Part shown: one piece after another, positions 16,283 through 27,112 of the stretch
Numbering within the stretch: the first letter of the stretch is position 1
Layout: the number at the start of each line of letters is the position of its first letter
Assembly: GCA_000992345.1 (NCBI GenBank)
Contig: LBUA01000002.1
Location: 5,557 to 64,061 of the forward strand
Origin: Parcubacteria group bacterium GW2011_GWD2_38_12
GTDB taxonomy: Bacteria; Patescibacteriota; Minisyncoccia; GWC2-36-17
Reading direction: 5' to 3'
Length of the DNA: 58,505 nucleotides
Notes under the pieces: model-generated
Told to the model about the DNA's origin: nothing
What the model saw: only the letters and a program-made list of their open reading frames with translations
Database searches by the model: none
Position numbers and translations under genes: made by a program

Positions 16283-17197
16283 ATGAAAAAAATAGTCATT
16301 TCGTTGCTAACTTTAATTTTTAGTTTTTCATTGGTATTTAATTATGTTTTAGCGGATAACGCTTCTCCTGATTCAAGCAATAGACAAGATAAAGAATCTG
16401 TAATTTTAAATCTGCAGAAAGAAATATCAAAAAAGAAAGCTGAACTTAAAATTGAATCACAAAAGAAAATTGAAGAGGCAAAAAATCAATATTTGAAATC
16501 AAAAGATGAATTTTTAAAAGCCAAACAAGAAGTTAAAAATACCAAGGCCAAAGAAATGGCAAAGCAAATGATTGAAAGAATGAAAAAAGAACTGGAAAAA
16601 ATCAGAGAAAAAATAAAATCAACCGATGATTTATCTGAGGCAGACAAGAATTTGTTGGTAGGACAAATTAATGCGGAAATTTCCAAATTGGAATCATTGA
16701 AAACAAAAATTGATAGCGCTCAAACCAAAGAAGAATTAAAAACCGTCATTCAAGAAATTAGAGTAGAATTTAGAAGAGTAAAATCATACTCCAAGCATTT
16801 CATTGGAAAATTGCTTGTTCATCGTATCAATAAGGCAATAGTCAAGATTGAAGAAAATATCGTAAAAGTTGAGGCGAAAATTGCCGAGTTGAAAGCCGCA
16901 GGCAAAAATGTCTTAGAGCCGGAAAAATCTCTTGCAGATGCAAAAAGCCATTTAGCCGAGGCCAAACAGAAATATCAGGAAGCAAAAACCAAGTATCAAG
17001 AAGTTTTAAGCGCGACTGATTTTGAAAAGACGGCCAAAGACGCCAATGAATTGGCAAGAGAAGCCAATAGGCATCTGATATTGGCCCATAAATCATTAAA
17101 GGAGGCAATAAAAAATGTGAATAAGATAATCAGGGCGCAATTGCTTAATTTGACGCCTCCCTCGGGTACGCCGGTTGCATCTCCAGACCAAGACTAA
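16283..17197 (+). CDS. secreted coiled-coil protein, hypothetical
   Basis: Signal-peptide-like N-terminus MKKIVISLLTLIFSFSLVFNYVLA followed by a Lys/Glu-rich heptad-like sequence. Confidence 0.6.
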   Translation: MKKIVISLLTLIFSFSLVFNYVLADNASPDSSNRQDKESVILNLQKEISKKKAELKIESQKKIEEAKNQYLKSKDEFLKAKQEVKNTKAKEMAKQMIERMKKELEKIREKIKSTDDLSEADKNLLVGQINAEISKLESLKTKIDSAQTKEELKTVIQEIRVEFRRVKSYSKHFIGKLLVHRINKAIVKIEENIVKVEAKIAELKAAGKNVLEPEKSLADAKSHLAEAKQKYQEAKTKYQEVLSATDFEKTAKDANELAREANRHLILAHKSLKEAIKNVNKIIRAQLLNLTPPSGTPVASPDQD

Positions 17198-17254
17198 ATG
17201 ATGATAACCGCAGGAATCCATTAAACATAATAATTAATTAATCATTAAAAACAT

Positions 17255-17986
17255 ATGAAAATAAAATTATTAGTATCTTTGGCGGGTTTTCTTCTGATGA
17301 TTTCTTCTGTTAGCGCCAGGACATTTGTTGTACCCCATATTCTTGAAGTGTCATCGGGTATTACTCCAAATAGCGTATTTTATTTCTTAGATAATTGGGG
17401 AGAATGGATAAATTTGAAAATTACCTTTAATCAAGCGAAAAGAGCTGAAAAGAAATTGCAATATGCCGGCGAGAGATTGGCAGAGCTTGAAGCGCTGGGG
17501 GATATGGGCGATATTAAAAAAGAGCATGCAGAGAAAATAAAAAACAAGTATGAGGAGTTAAACGCGGATGTTGAAAATGACATAAAGGATTTAAAGGCGA
17601 AGGGACAAGATGTCGCGGAGTTAATTAAAAAAATAGAAGCAATATCAGTAAGACAAATTGCAGTTTTAGAGGAGGTTCTGGAAAAGGTGCCCGAACAAGC
17701 AAAGGATGCCATAGAGCATGCGCTTGAAGTTTCAAAAAGGGGACACGAAAGAGCCATAGAAGCCATTGAGAAAGAAGTTGAGGATGGGAAAATTAAACTT
17801 GAAGATCTTGGCGATGATTTGAGAAACGAAGTGAAGCAGAAAAAGGGGGATAAGTCATTAGAGTTGAAGGAAATTGAAATTGATGAGGAGAGCGGAGAGA
17901 TTGATGAGTTAAATGAGGAACTCGGCAAGAACGAACTTAATGACTTAGGTAGCGATTTAGACACCCTAGAAAAGGGTATTAGATAG
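17255..17986 (+). CDS. secreted coiled-coil protein (DUF5667-like), hypothetical
   Basis: Signal peptide, then SVFYFLDNWGEWINLKITFN...AEKKLQYAGERLAELE, followed by an acidic tail. Confidence 0.55.
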   Translation: MKIKLLVSLAGFLLMISSVSARTFVVPHILEVSSGITPNSVFYFLDNWGEWINLKITFNQAKRAEKKLQYAGERLAELEALGDMGDIKKEHAEKIKNKYEELNADVENDIKDLKAKGQDVAELIKKIEAISVRQIAVLEEVLEKVPEQAKDAIEHALEVSKRGHERAIEAIEKEVEDGKIKLEDLGDDLRNEVKQKKGDKSLELKEIEIDEESGEIDELNEELGKNELNDLGSDLDTLEKGIR

Positions 17987-18073
17987 CCAAAGCAATAAGC
18001 AATTAGCGGTAAAGCTAAACTAATAAATAAAACAAAATCTCCGTATGCAGTATGCGGAGATTTTGTTCGCCCA

Positions 18074-18101
18074 TTGACATGTAATTTTAAATTGTTAAGA
18101 T
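18074..18101 (+). promoter_or_regulatory. groESL promoter
   Basis: TTGACA (18074-18079), a 16-nt spacer, then TAAGAT. The CIRCE element follows immediately downstream. Confidence 0.6.
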
Positions 18102-18112
18102 AGTTGAATTAT

Positions 18113-18139
18113 TTAGCACTCAACTTATCAGAGTGCTAA
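18113..18139 (+). promoter_or_regulatory. CIRCE operator (HrcA binding site)
   Basis: TTAGCACTC-aacttatca-GAGTGCTAA, a perfect match to the CIRCE consensus TTAGCACTC-N9-GAGTGCTAA. Confidence 0.92.
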
Positions 18140-18163
18140 ATACAATCTAGGTCATAGCTTATA

Positions 18164-18205
18164 GGTTTGTAGTTTATAGTAATAAATTACTATAAACTAC
18201 AAACC
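18164..18205 (+). promoter_or_regulatory. perfect 20-bp-stem hairpin in groES 5' UTR
   Basis: ggtttgtagtttatagtaat-aa-attactataaactacaaacc. It ends 11 nt before the groES ATG. Confidence 0.7.
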
Positions 18206-18216
18206 ACAAACTAATT

Positions 18217-18510
18217 ATGAAACTTAAACCATTGGGAGACCATGTCATTATTGAGCCGATGGCTCAAGAAGAAAAAACAAAATTCGGCATAGTGTTGCCT
18301 CAGACAGTTGATAAAGAAAAGTCGCAAGAAGGCGTTGTGATTGCCGCAGGTCCCGGAAAATTAGGTAGTGATGGAAAGAGGTTATTGATGTCTGTTAAAA
18401 AGGGCGATAGGGTATTGTTTGCAAAATATAGCCCGCAGGAAATCAAGATTAAAGATAAAGAATATCTTATCGTGAAGGAAGAGGATGTTATCGCGATAAT
18501 AGAAAAGTAA
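18217..18510 (+). CDS. groES: co-chaperonin GroES
   Basis: MKLKPLGDHVIIEP...GIVLP...GVVIAAGPG...GDRVLFAKY, the typical Cpn10 pattern. Confidence 0.95.
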   Translation: MKLKPLGDHVIIEPMAQEEKTKFGIVLPQTVDKEKSQEGVVIAAGPGKLGSDGKRLLMSVKKGDRVLFAKYSPQEIKIKDKEYLIVKEEDVIAIIEK

Positions 18511-20267
<1,757 letters not shown>

Positions 20268-20321
20268 AAACAGCCCAATAGCTTAAGATTCAAAGAGCTA
20301 AATAGCTGAAAAGTTAAAAGG

Positions 20322-20354
20322 AAAAAACGGTTCGCCTTTGGCGAACCGTTTTTG
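20322..20354. terminator. bidirectional terminator between groEL and a convergent small ORF
   Basis: An A run, then acggttcgcc-ttt-ggcgaaccgt, then a T run. Confidence 0.8.
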
Positions 20355-20372
20355 ATTTGCGCTCCCATGACA

Positions 20373-20528
20373 TTATGACGAAAGTTCTTTGAATGCTTCG
20401 TTATATACACGCTTCCACTCTGCCAACCATTGAGGATAGCTGCCGGTTTTTCTATAGATTTCTTCAGCTTCTCGGTTGGCTATGTCAGCTGCTCTTTGGT
20501 CTAAATCATCTGTTCTATGATGGAGCAT
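20373..20528 (-). CDS. small hypothetical protein (51 aa), not in the ORF track
   Basis: Reverse strand reads ggaggtg-ctctat-ATG, then MLHHRTDDLDQRAADIANREAEEIYRKTGSYPQWLAEWKRVYNEAFKELSS and a stop. It ends at the bidirectional terminator. Confidence 0.5.
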   Translation of the reverse strand: MLHHRTDDLDQRAADIANREAEEIYRKTGSYPQWLAEWKRVYNEAFKELSS

Positions 20529-20744
20529 ATAGAGCACCTCCGCATAAGATTTTGATTTAGAGTATCACATATAGTTTAAAAAGTCAATCTTTTAGAGTGA
20601 TGCCCACGCACACATATGGTGGTTTTTTAATTGATTTTTAGCATTTAGTATTATATATTTATTTAGAAATTAGAAATTGTTTGAAAATTGAAAATTAGTA
20701 ATTGAAAATTCTAAAAAACTCTATGTAGAGTTTTCTGACAACAC

Positions 20745-20816
20745 GGCCCTATCGTCTAATGGTTAGGACGGAAGCTTCTCAAGCTTCAAATCCGGGTTCG
20801 ATTCCCGGTAGGGCCA
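20745..20816 (+). tRNA. tRNA-Glu(CUC), CCA not encoded
   Basis: Acceptor ggcccta/tagggcc, anticodon stem gaagc/gcttc with loop uuCUCaa, T arm ccggg-ttcgatt-cccgg, A73. Confidence 0.88.
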
Positions 20817-20939
20817 CATTCAAAAAAAGTATCCATAAATAATAATTTCTTTTCTTTTTGAATGTGACTAAGATAATCGAACCGCGGGCCGCAGCCCTCA
20901 AAGAGAGGGCGAAGGTTTCGAGCTCAGCAGAGCGAGAGG

Positions 20940-20959
20940 CGATTCCCGGTAGGGTCACA
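20940..20959 (+). repeat. direct repeat of the tRNA-Glu 3' end (T loop to beyond discriminator)
   Basis: cgattcccggtagggtcaca compared with cgattcccggtagggccaca at 20799-20818: 19 of 20 positions identical. Confidence 0.85.
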
Positions 20960-21078
20960 AAGGAATATAAAAGTTAAGAATCAAATATTAAAAAGGATTA
21001 ATCAATAAATGGTGAGTTATTTTAAAATCAAATAATGAATAAGGAAATAATGATTGATAATAAAAAAGGAGGATTATT

Positions 21079-21318
21079 ATGAAAAAACCGTTGAATATGG
21101 AAAAGATTGGCGAGAAAATTAAGGAACTGATAAAAAGTGGGTATAGAAAACGAGATATTGAGATTTGCATTGGATGCGAGTGGATGGGGATCAGAAATAA
21201 TGCTGTGAAGAAAATAATTTCTCGCGAGCGCAATAGGGTGACTTATAATATTCTCTGCCCGGATTGCTCTTGTAAAATAAGAACGCTTACGGAGATTGAT
21301 TCCAGGGTTTTGCATTAG
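21079..21318 (+). CDS. small hypothetical protein with two CxxC pairs (zinc-ribbon-like)
   Basis: SD aaggagg lies 7 nt upstream. CIGC and CPDC pairs are present. A terminator follows downstream near 21430-21459. Confidence 0.5.
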   Translation: MKKPLNMEKIGEKIKELIKSGYRKRDIEICIGCEWMGIRNNAVKKIISRERNRVTYNILCPDCSCKIRTLTEIDSRVLH

Positions 21319-21533
21319 ACGGACTATTGCAAAAAAATATAATAAGGGTAATATAAATATATGGGAGCGCGAGTTTTGCTTTAAAACTCAAGCATTTGGC
21401 TCCTTAACAAATTAAAAAGAAAAAACAATAAAAACGAGGCCTTTTTGGCTTCGTTTTTTATTTTTTCTATGTTTTTTATAGTAGAACGCAAATATATGTT
21501 AAAATATTACTAATTGATAAATACTAAATTATT

Positions 21534-24188
21534 ATGAATTGGCAAAGCTTATCTATCGGGAAAATTGAAGAAGATTTAAAATCTGACATCAGCGCAGGAA
21601 TAAAAGAGAATGATATTCTTCGTAGGAAAAAAAAGTACGGAATCAATAAATTAGCCGAAGAAGAAAAGTTAAAGACTTTCAAGATTTTTATAAGCCAGTT
21701 TAAAAATTCTTTTGTGTATGTTCTTGCCGGCGCATTGATTATTACTATTTTTCTTGGCGATTATATTGATGCTATTGTTATTACTCTTGCGATATTGGTG
21801 AATGTGGTGCTTGGTTTTTTTCAAGAAAAAAAAGCGTCTAATGTATTGGAGTTGCTTCGTAAAACCGCCACTCCCATGGCTATCGTTTTGAGAGATGGCA
21901 TTCCTCATCAGATTAATGCCACCGAAATTGTCGTTGGCGATGTAGTATTGCTTCGCGAGGGCGATCGCGTCCCCGCCGATATTAGGATTTTTAAATCCGA
22001 CCATTTAAAAATCGATGAAGCCCCATTAACCGGGGAATCTTGGCCTATTGATAAAAAAATAGAAATCCTGCCCATAATCACTCCGGTTTTTGATCGGAAT
22101 AATATGGCTTTTCTTGGGACATCCGTTGTTGGTGGAAGCGGCAAGGGTGTTGTCGTTTCCGTTGGTAAAAATACTGAACTTGGCAAAATATCTTTACAGC
22201 TTACAGAAATCAAGGAAGAGTTAACACCTCTTCAAAAAAAGATAAAGAAATTTAGTTTGCTTTTGTCGCTGTTTATTGTGGCTATAGTTTTCGTTATATT
22301 TTTTATAGGTTTATTTTTGGGGCAGAATTTTCTTGAAACGTTTTTGATTTCTGTCGCGCTTGTTGTTGCTGCCATCCCCGAGGGCTTGCCCGTTGGAGTG
22401 AGTGTGGCATTGGCTATCGGCATGCAAAAAATATTGAAAAAGAAGGGACTTGTCAGAAGATTGAATTCGGTTGAGACTCTCGGTAGCGCCACTATTATTT
22501 GTACCGATAAAACAGGAACGCTTACCGAGGGACAAATGCAGGTAAGCGCTATTTTGACTGCAAATTCATTTTTGGAAAGAGATGGAAAGTATTTTAAAAA
22601 ATTAGACTTTGAATCAAAGGAGAGCCATGTAAAAGTTTTAAAGATTGGATCCTTGGTTAGCGATATTTTAATTGAGCATATTGGAGTGAGTGAGCTTGGT
22701 AAATATATTTTCCACGGCGATCCGCTTGAAAAGGCTGTCGTATCAGCTTCCTTGCATGCCGGATTAAACAAAATTGATCTTGATAAAATGCAGCCCAGAA
22801 TTGATTATTTGCCGTTTGATCCGATTTGCAAATATAGCGCCAGTATTCATCAGTTAGAAAATAAGAAGATTTTATATATTATGGGCGCTCCAGAGACTAT
22901 TTTGTCATTAAGTTCAGTAGTCGACCTTGATGATTATAACGATAAAATGAATGAAAAATGGAAAAATATTCTTGGCGTAAAACTTGATGAATTTACGAAA
23001 AGAGGCTTGAGGGTGGTGGGTGTTGCTTATAGATTTTTAGATGATGATTTATTGAATTTTGATTGGAATAATCTAATCGGTGATATGGTGTTTACGGGGT
23101 TTATAGGATTTTCTGATCCATTAAGGTCAGACGTTAAAGAATCTTTGGAAATTGCGCAAAGAGCCGGTTTGAGGCCGATTATAATAACGGGAGATCATAA
23201 AAATACAGCGATTGCTATTGCCAAAGAAGCGGGATTTATTTTTGATGAAGAAAATATTTTAGAGGGGAGAGATTTAGATGCGATAACAGATGAAGAATTA
23301 GAAAAGATTGTAGATAAAATTTCAATTTATGCGCGCACTGTTCCAGCCCATAAGTTGCGTATTATCAAAGCTTGGCAATCAAAGGGGGAAACGGTTGCGA
23401 TGACGGGAGACGGAGTGAATGATGCCCCAGCTCTAAAGGCTGCAAATATCGGCATAGCGCTTGGGTCTGGGACGGAAGTGGCTAAACAGGCTTCGGACCT
23501 GGTTTTGCTTGATGATAATTTTAGCGTGATAGTCTCCGCTATCAGGCAAGGGCGTATTATTTTTGATAATATAAAAAAGATTACAGTGTTTATATTGAAA
23601 GACGCTTTTACTGAAGTCAATTTAATTGTGCTGAGTCTGATTTTTCAGTTGCCGTTGCCGATCCTTCCGGGGCAAATATTGTGGGTGAATTTATTTCAAG
23701 ACTCATTGCCGTCTTTTGCCTTTGCGATGGAGCCGGGCGAAGAGGATGTGATGAATGAAAAACCCGAAAATAAAGTTTCTTTAATGGACAGAGAGATGAA
23801 AATTTTGATATTTATTTATGGAATTTCCGCTGATATCTTTATTTTTGTTTTGTTCGTACTTTTCAACAATATAAATGGTGGCAATATAAATCATACGAGA
23901 ACCCTGGTTTTTATGCTTCTTGCGCTTCAATCGCTGGCGGGGATATTCAGTTTAAAGAGTTTAAGGAAGAGTATTTTTAAGATAAATATTTTCTCAAACC
24001 TGTATTTATTGGCGGCGTTTTTTGCGGGTATTATTATGATGCTTGCGGCTGTATATATTGAGCCGTTGCAAGATTTGCTGAAAACAACCCCCCTTACAAA
24101 ATTTGATTGGTTTGTCATTATAATTTTTGCTATAGTCAATGTTATTTTTATTGAGTTAATTAAGTTATTTTTCAGGAATAAAAAATAA
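21534..24188 (+). CDS. cation-transporting P-type ATPase (type II, Ca2+/Mg2+-like)
   Basis: Phosphorylation motif ICTDKTGTLT, hinge motif MTGDGVNDAPALK, TGES-type actuator motif LTGESWP and about 10 TM segments. Confidence 0.9.
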   Translation: MNWQSLSIGKIEEDLKSDISAGIKENDILRRKKKYGINKLAEEEKLKTFKIFISQFKNSFVYVLAGALIITIFLGDYIDAIVITLAILVNVVLGFFQEKKASNVLELLRKTATPMAIVLRDGIPHQINATEIVVGDVVLLREGDRVPADIRIFKSDHLKIDEAPLTGESWPIDKKIEILPIITPVFDRNNMAFLGTSVVGGSGKGVVVSVGKNTELGKISLQLTEIKEELTPLQKKIKKFSLLLSLFIVAIVFVIFFIGLFLGQNFLETFLISVALVVAAIPEGLPVGVSVALAIGMQKILKKKGLVRRLNSVETLGSATIICTDKTGTLTEGQMQVSAILTANSFLERDGKYFKKLDFESKESHVKVLKIGSLVSDILIEHIGVSELGKYIFHGDPLEKAVVSASLHAGLNKIDLDKMQPRIDYLPFDPICKYSASIHQLENKKILYIMGAPETILSLSSVVDLDDYNDKMNEKWKNILGVKLDEFTKRGLRVVGVAYRFLDDDLLNFDWNNLIGDMVFTGFIGFSDPLRSDVKESLEIAQRAGLRPIIITGDHKNTAIAIAKEAGFIFDEENILEGRDLDAITDEELEKIVDKISIYARTVPAHKLRIIKAWQSKGETVAMTGDGVNDAPALKAANIGIALGSGTEVAKQASDLVLLDDNFSVIVSAIRQGRIIFDNIKKITVFILKDAFTEVNLIVLSLIFQLPLPILPGQILWVNLFQDSLPSFAFAMEPGEEDVMNEKPENKVSLMDREMKILIFIYGISADIFIFVLFVLFNNINGGNINHTRTLVFMLLALQSLAGIFSLKSLRKSIFKINIFSNLYLLAAFFAGIIMMLAAVYIEPLQDLLKTTPLTKFDWFVIIIFAIVNVIFIELIKLFFRNKK

Positions 24189-24199
24189 ATAGAAAAGAT

Positions 24200-25162
24200 A
24201 TGGAGCTATCATTGATATTTTATATTATCATTCTCGCTGTATCGTTTTATATCCTTGTATGGTCTGGCAAGATTCTAGTGGTTTCCCTGAGTTTTATGGC
24301 CAGATTTCTTGAGGTTTCGGAATATGTCCTTGCTTTTGTATTGATGGCCGTGGTGACATCTTTGCCGGAATTTTTTGTGGGCATTTCTTCCGCATTATCG
24401 GATAAACCTCAAATATCCCTTGGGAATATTATTGGAGCGAATATCATTAACGTCACCCTGGCCGTAGCCTTGGTCGCTATATTTGCCAGAGCCATTAAAA
24501 TAACTTCCGATGAATCCCAGAGAAGTTCTTTCGTAGCCGCCGCAATAGCCATGTCCCCCGTAATTTTTATTTTAGATGGAATCATTTCGCGGACAGACGG
24601 GATAATCTTGGTATCTTTATTTTTAATTTATATAGTTTATCTAATTAAAAAAAGCAGAAAAGATTATAAGATATATAATTCTGTTTCGCGCGATGTTAAG
24701 GATTTGAAGGATTTTTTCGGGAATATGGGAAAATTTATCGCAGGGTTGATTGTTATTTTTGGTAGTAGCGCAATTATAATTTGGTCCGTGACAAATATAG
24801 CAATAACTTTAAATTTTTCTTTGTTTATTGTTGGGTTGATTTTAGTGGCTATTGGCACGACTTTGCCGGAAATTACATTTGGCATAAGATCGGTTTTGAG
24901 TGGGAAGGATTCCATGGCATTTGGGAATGTTTTGGGGTCAACGGTTGCTAATTCCGCCCTGATCTTAGGGGTAGTTGCCATCTTGTCGCCGATTCATATA
25001 AATAATTTTAAAATCGTATTCTCCAGTTTGGCAATGATGTCTTTATCTTTGATTACCTTTGCTTTAATGGTCAGGTATAAAAAAGCCATTACTTATAAGC
25101 ACGGGATAATTTTAATTTTCTTTTATATAATCTTTTTAGGATTGGAATTTCTATTGAAATAA
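24200..25162 (+). CDS. Ca2+/Na+ antiporter (CaCA/YrbG family)
   Basis: Two alpha-repeat motifs, GNIIGANIINV and GNVLGSTVANS, in a polytopic membrane protein. Confidence 0.82.
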   Translation: MELSLIFYIIILAVSFYILVWSGKILVVSLSFMARFLEVSEYVLAFVLMAVVTSLPEFFVGISSALSDKPQISLGNIIGANIINVTLAVALVAIFARAIKITSDESQRSSFVAAAIAMSPVIFILDGIISRTDGIILVSLFLIYIVYLIKKSRKDYKIYNSVSRDVKDLKDFFGNMGKFIAGLIVIFGSSAIIIWSVTNIAITLNFSLFIVGLILVAIGTTLPEITFGIRSVLSGKDSMAFGNVLGSTVANSALILGVVAILSPIHINNFKIVFSSLAMMSLSLITFALMVRYKKAITYKHGIILIFFYIIFLGLEFLLK

Positions 25163-25240
25163 ATTTGCGTAAATTTGATTTATTCGGAAGATATCCTGGT
25201 TTTGCTATTTAGGAAAATCTGTATATAATATAAAAAAACT

Positions 25241-26302
25241 ATGGAAATAATTTTTTTTATTATTCTTTTGATTCTTTTGGCTGGTGTAGCGGCAACTTTT
25301 TTATTTTTAAAGAGTCGTTTAATCGCGCCAAAAAATGATGAACAATCTTTACTTTTAATTCAAAATCAAATTCAAGAAATCACAAGAGTTTTAGATAGCA
25401 AGCTTGGCGAATCAACGAGAGCCATTCAACATCAATTTGGGGAGAGCGCGAAGATTATAAAAGACATTACAATTGAATTGATGAAAGTTGGGGAGGGGCA
25501 AAGGCAGGTGGTTGATGTGGCGAAACAATTGGAAAATTTACAGGATATTTTAAAAAATCCCAAACAAAGGGGAGTGCTGGGAGAATATTTTTTGAAGACC
25601 GTTTTGGAAAATGTTTTGCCGCCGGGAACCTTTCAGATGCAATATGCGTTTAAAGATGGGACGATTGTTGACGCAGTCGTTTTTGTAAAAGATAGAATAA
25701 TCCCAATAGATTCTAAATTCAGTCTGGAAAATTATAATCGGCTTTTAGAAGTGAAAGATGACACCGAACGTATCCGCATTGAAGCGGCTTTTCGCGAAGA
25801 TTTAAAAAGTCGCATTGATGAAACCGCTAAATATATAAAACCGGAAGAGGGAACAATGGAGTTTGCCTTTATGTTTATCCCATCCGAAGCAATTTATTAC
25901 GATCTTTTAATAAATAAAATCGGAGCCATTAAATCGTCCACTCGTGATTTAATACAGTATGCGGCTGGCGATAAGAAAGTGATGATTGTATCGCCCACAA
26001 CCTTTCTAGCTTATTTACAGACTGTTTTACAGGGACTTAAAGCTCTTCAGATTGAAGAATCGGCAAAAGAAATAAGAAAAAGAGTTGAAGAGCTTGGACG
26101 GCATCTGGCAAGTTACGAAAATTATATGAAAAAGATGGGCAGTAATTTAGGCACAACCGTTAATATGTATAATCAGGCGTATAAAGAGCTTGGTAAAATT
26201 GATAAAGATGTTTTGCGAATTTCCGGCAGTGCCATAGGCCTTGAACCGCTTGCTATAGAAAAACCGCAGGAGGAGATGGGGGATGATGATAGGTGGAAAT
26301 AA
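25241..26302 (+). CDS. rmuC: DNA recombination protein RmuC
   Basis: N-terminal TM segment plus coiled coil. RmuC core RGVLGEYFL...PIDSKFSLENY...FAFMFIPSEAIY. Confidence 0.85.
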   Translation: MEIIFFIILLILLAGVAATFLFLKSRLIAPKNDEQSLLLIQNQIQEITRVLDSKLGESTRAIQHQFGESAKIIKDITIELMKVGEGQRQVVDVAKQLENLQDILKNPKQRGVLGEYFLKTVLENVLPPGTFQMQYAFKDGTIVDAVVFVKDRIIPIDSKFSLENYNRLLEVKDDTERIRIEAAFREDLKSRIDETAKYIKPEEGTMEFAFMFIPSEAIYYDLLINKIGAIKSSTRDLIQYAAGDKKVMIVSPTTFLAYLQTVLQGLKALQIEESAKEIRKRVEELGRHLASYENYMKKMGSNLGTTVNMYNQAYKELGKIDKDVLRISGSAIGLEPLAIEKPQEEMGDDDRWK

Positions 26303-26346
26303 TAAGTTTAAGATCGTTGCGCGACGTCCCCTATTTTCTATTATTT

Positions 26347-26390
26347 ATCTTTTACCTTATGTTCGCCATGGCGAACATAAGGTAAAAGAT
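26347..26390. repeat. perfect 44-nt palindrome (terminator-like, no T run)
   Basis: atcttttaccttatgttcgc-catg-gcgaacataaggtaaaagat. Confidence 0.7.
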
Positions 26391-26442
26391 CTGTTAGTAT
26401 TAAATAAGCATTAAATAGGAGTATGTATATTACCACTATGGC

Positions 26443-26470
26443 TGGACAAGGTTTAATTTTTGTGTATAAT
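26443..26470 (+). promoter_or_regulatory. rplU promoter
   Basis: TGGACA, a 16-nt spacer, then TATAAT (26465-26470). Confidence 0.6.
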
Positions 26471-26498
26471 CATAACAAATAACAAATAACAAATAACA
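26471..26498. repeat. tandem hexamer repeat (aacaaat)x4-like leader
   Basis: cataacaaataacaaataacaaataacaa runs directly into the rplU ATG. Confidence 0.8.
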
Positions 26499-26499
26499 A

Positions 26500-26817
26500 A
26501 TGATTTTAGCAGTAATAAAAACTGGCGGGAAACAATATATTGTTGAAGCCGGCAAAAAAATAAAAGTGGAAAAATTGGAAGGCGAAGTCGGAAAAAATGT
26601 TATTTTATCCGATGTTTTACTCGTTGATGACGGAAAAGATATTAAGGTGGGTCAGCCAAAAGTTGACGGGGCATCCGTTGAAGCTAAAATCTTAAAGCAA
26701 GCCAGAGACAGAAAAGTGATTATTTTTAAATTCAAACCCAAAAAGAGAGAGCGCAGAAAAAAGGGGCACAGACAACATTTTACGGAGCTTGAAATAGTAA
26801 ATATCAAGACAAAATAA
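26500..26817 (+). CDS. rplU: 50S ribosomal protein L21
   Basis: MILAVIKTGGKQYIVEAGKKIKVEKL...KVIIFKFKPKKRERRKKGHRQ, the typical bL21 pattern. Confidence 0.95.
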   Translation: MILAVIKTGGKQYIVEAGKKIKVEKLEGEVGKNVILSDVLLVDDGKDIKVGQPKVDGASVEAKILKQARDRKVIIFKFKPKKRERRKKGHRQHFTELEIVNIKTK

Positions 26818-26836
26818 AAAATCCAGAGGAGGATTT

Positions 26837-27070
26837 ATGGGTGATAAAATTGGTGGGTGGGATTATAACGAAGAAAAAGCGAGGGTGAAAAAGACTAATA
26901 AAGGAGCAGTTGAAGTGATTTCATATATAACATTAACTGTTGAGGAGATGGAATACCTTAAGACGTTATGTTACGTAATGGAAAAACCGCTACAGGATGT
27001 GATAGAGAAAGCGGTAAGATATTTTATATCATCCAGCTCCGTTTTTCATTCCGTTCTTCATGAAAAATAA
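26837..27070 (+). CDS. hypothetical protein (77 aa)
   Basis: gaggagg lies 5 nt upstream of the ATG and a terminator follows at 27080-27110. No family recognised. Confidence 0.5.
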   Translation: MGDKIGGWDYNEEKARVKKTNKGAVEVISYITLTVEEMEYLKTLCYVMEKPLQDVIEKAVRYFISSSSVFHSVLHEK

Positions 27071-27079
27071 ATTTTATAA

Positions 27080-27110
27080 AAGCCTTTCTCTATATTGAGA
27101 AGGGTTTTTT
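27080..27110. terminator. terminator (serves convergent 26837 ORF and recR)
   Basis: cctttctc-tatatt-gagaaggg followed by T6, with an A run on the other side. Confidence 0.7.
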
Positions 27111-27112
27111 AT

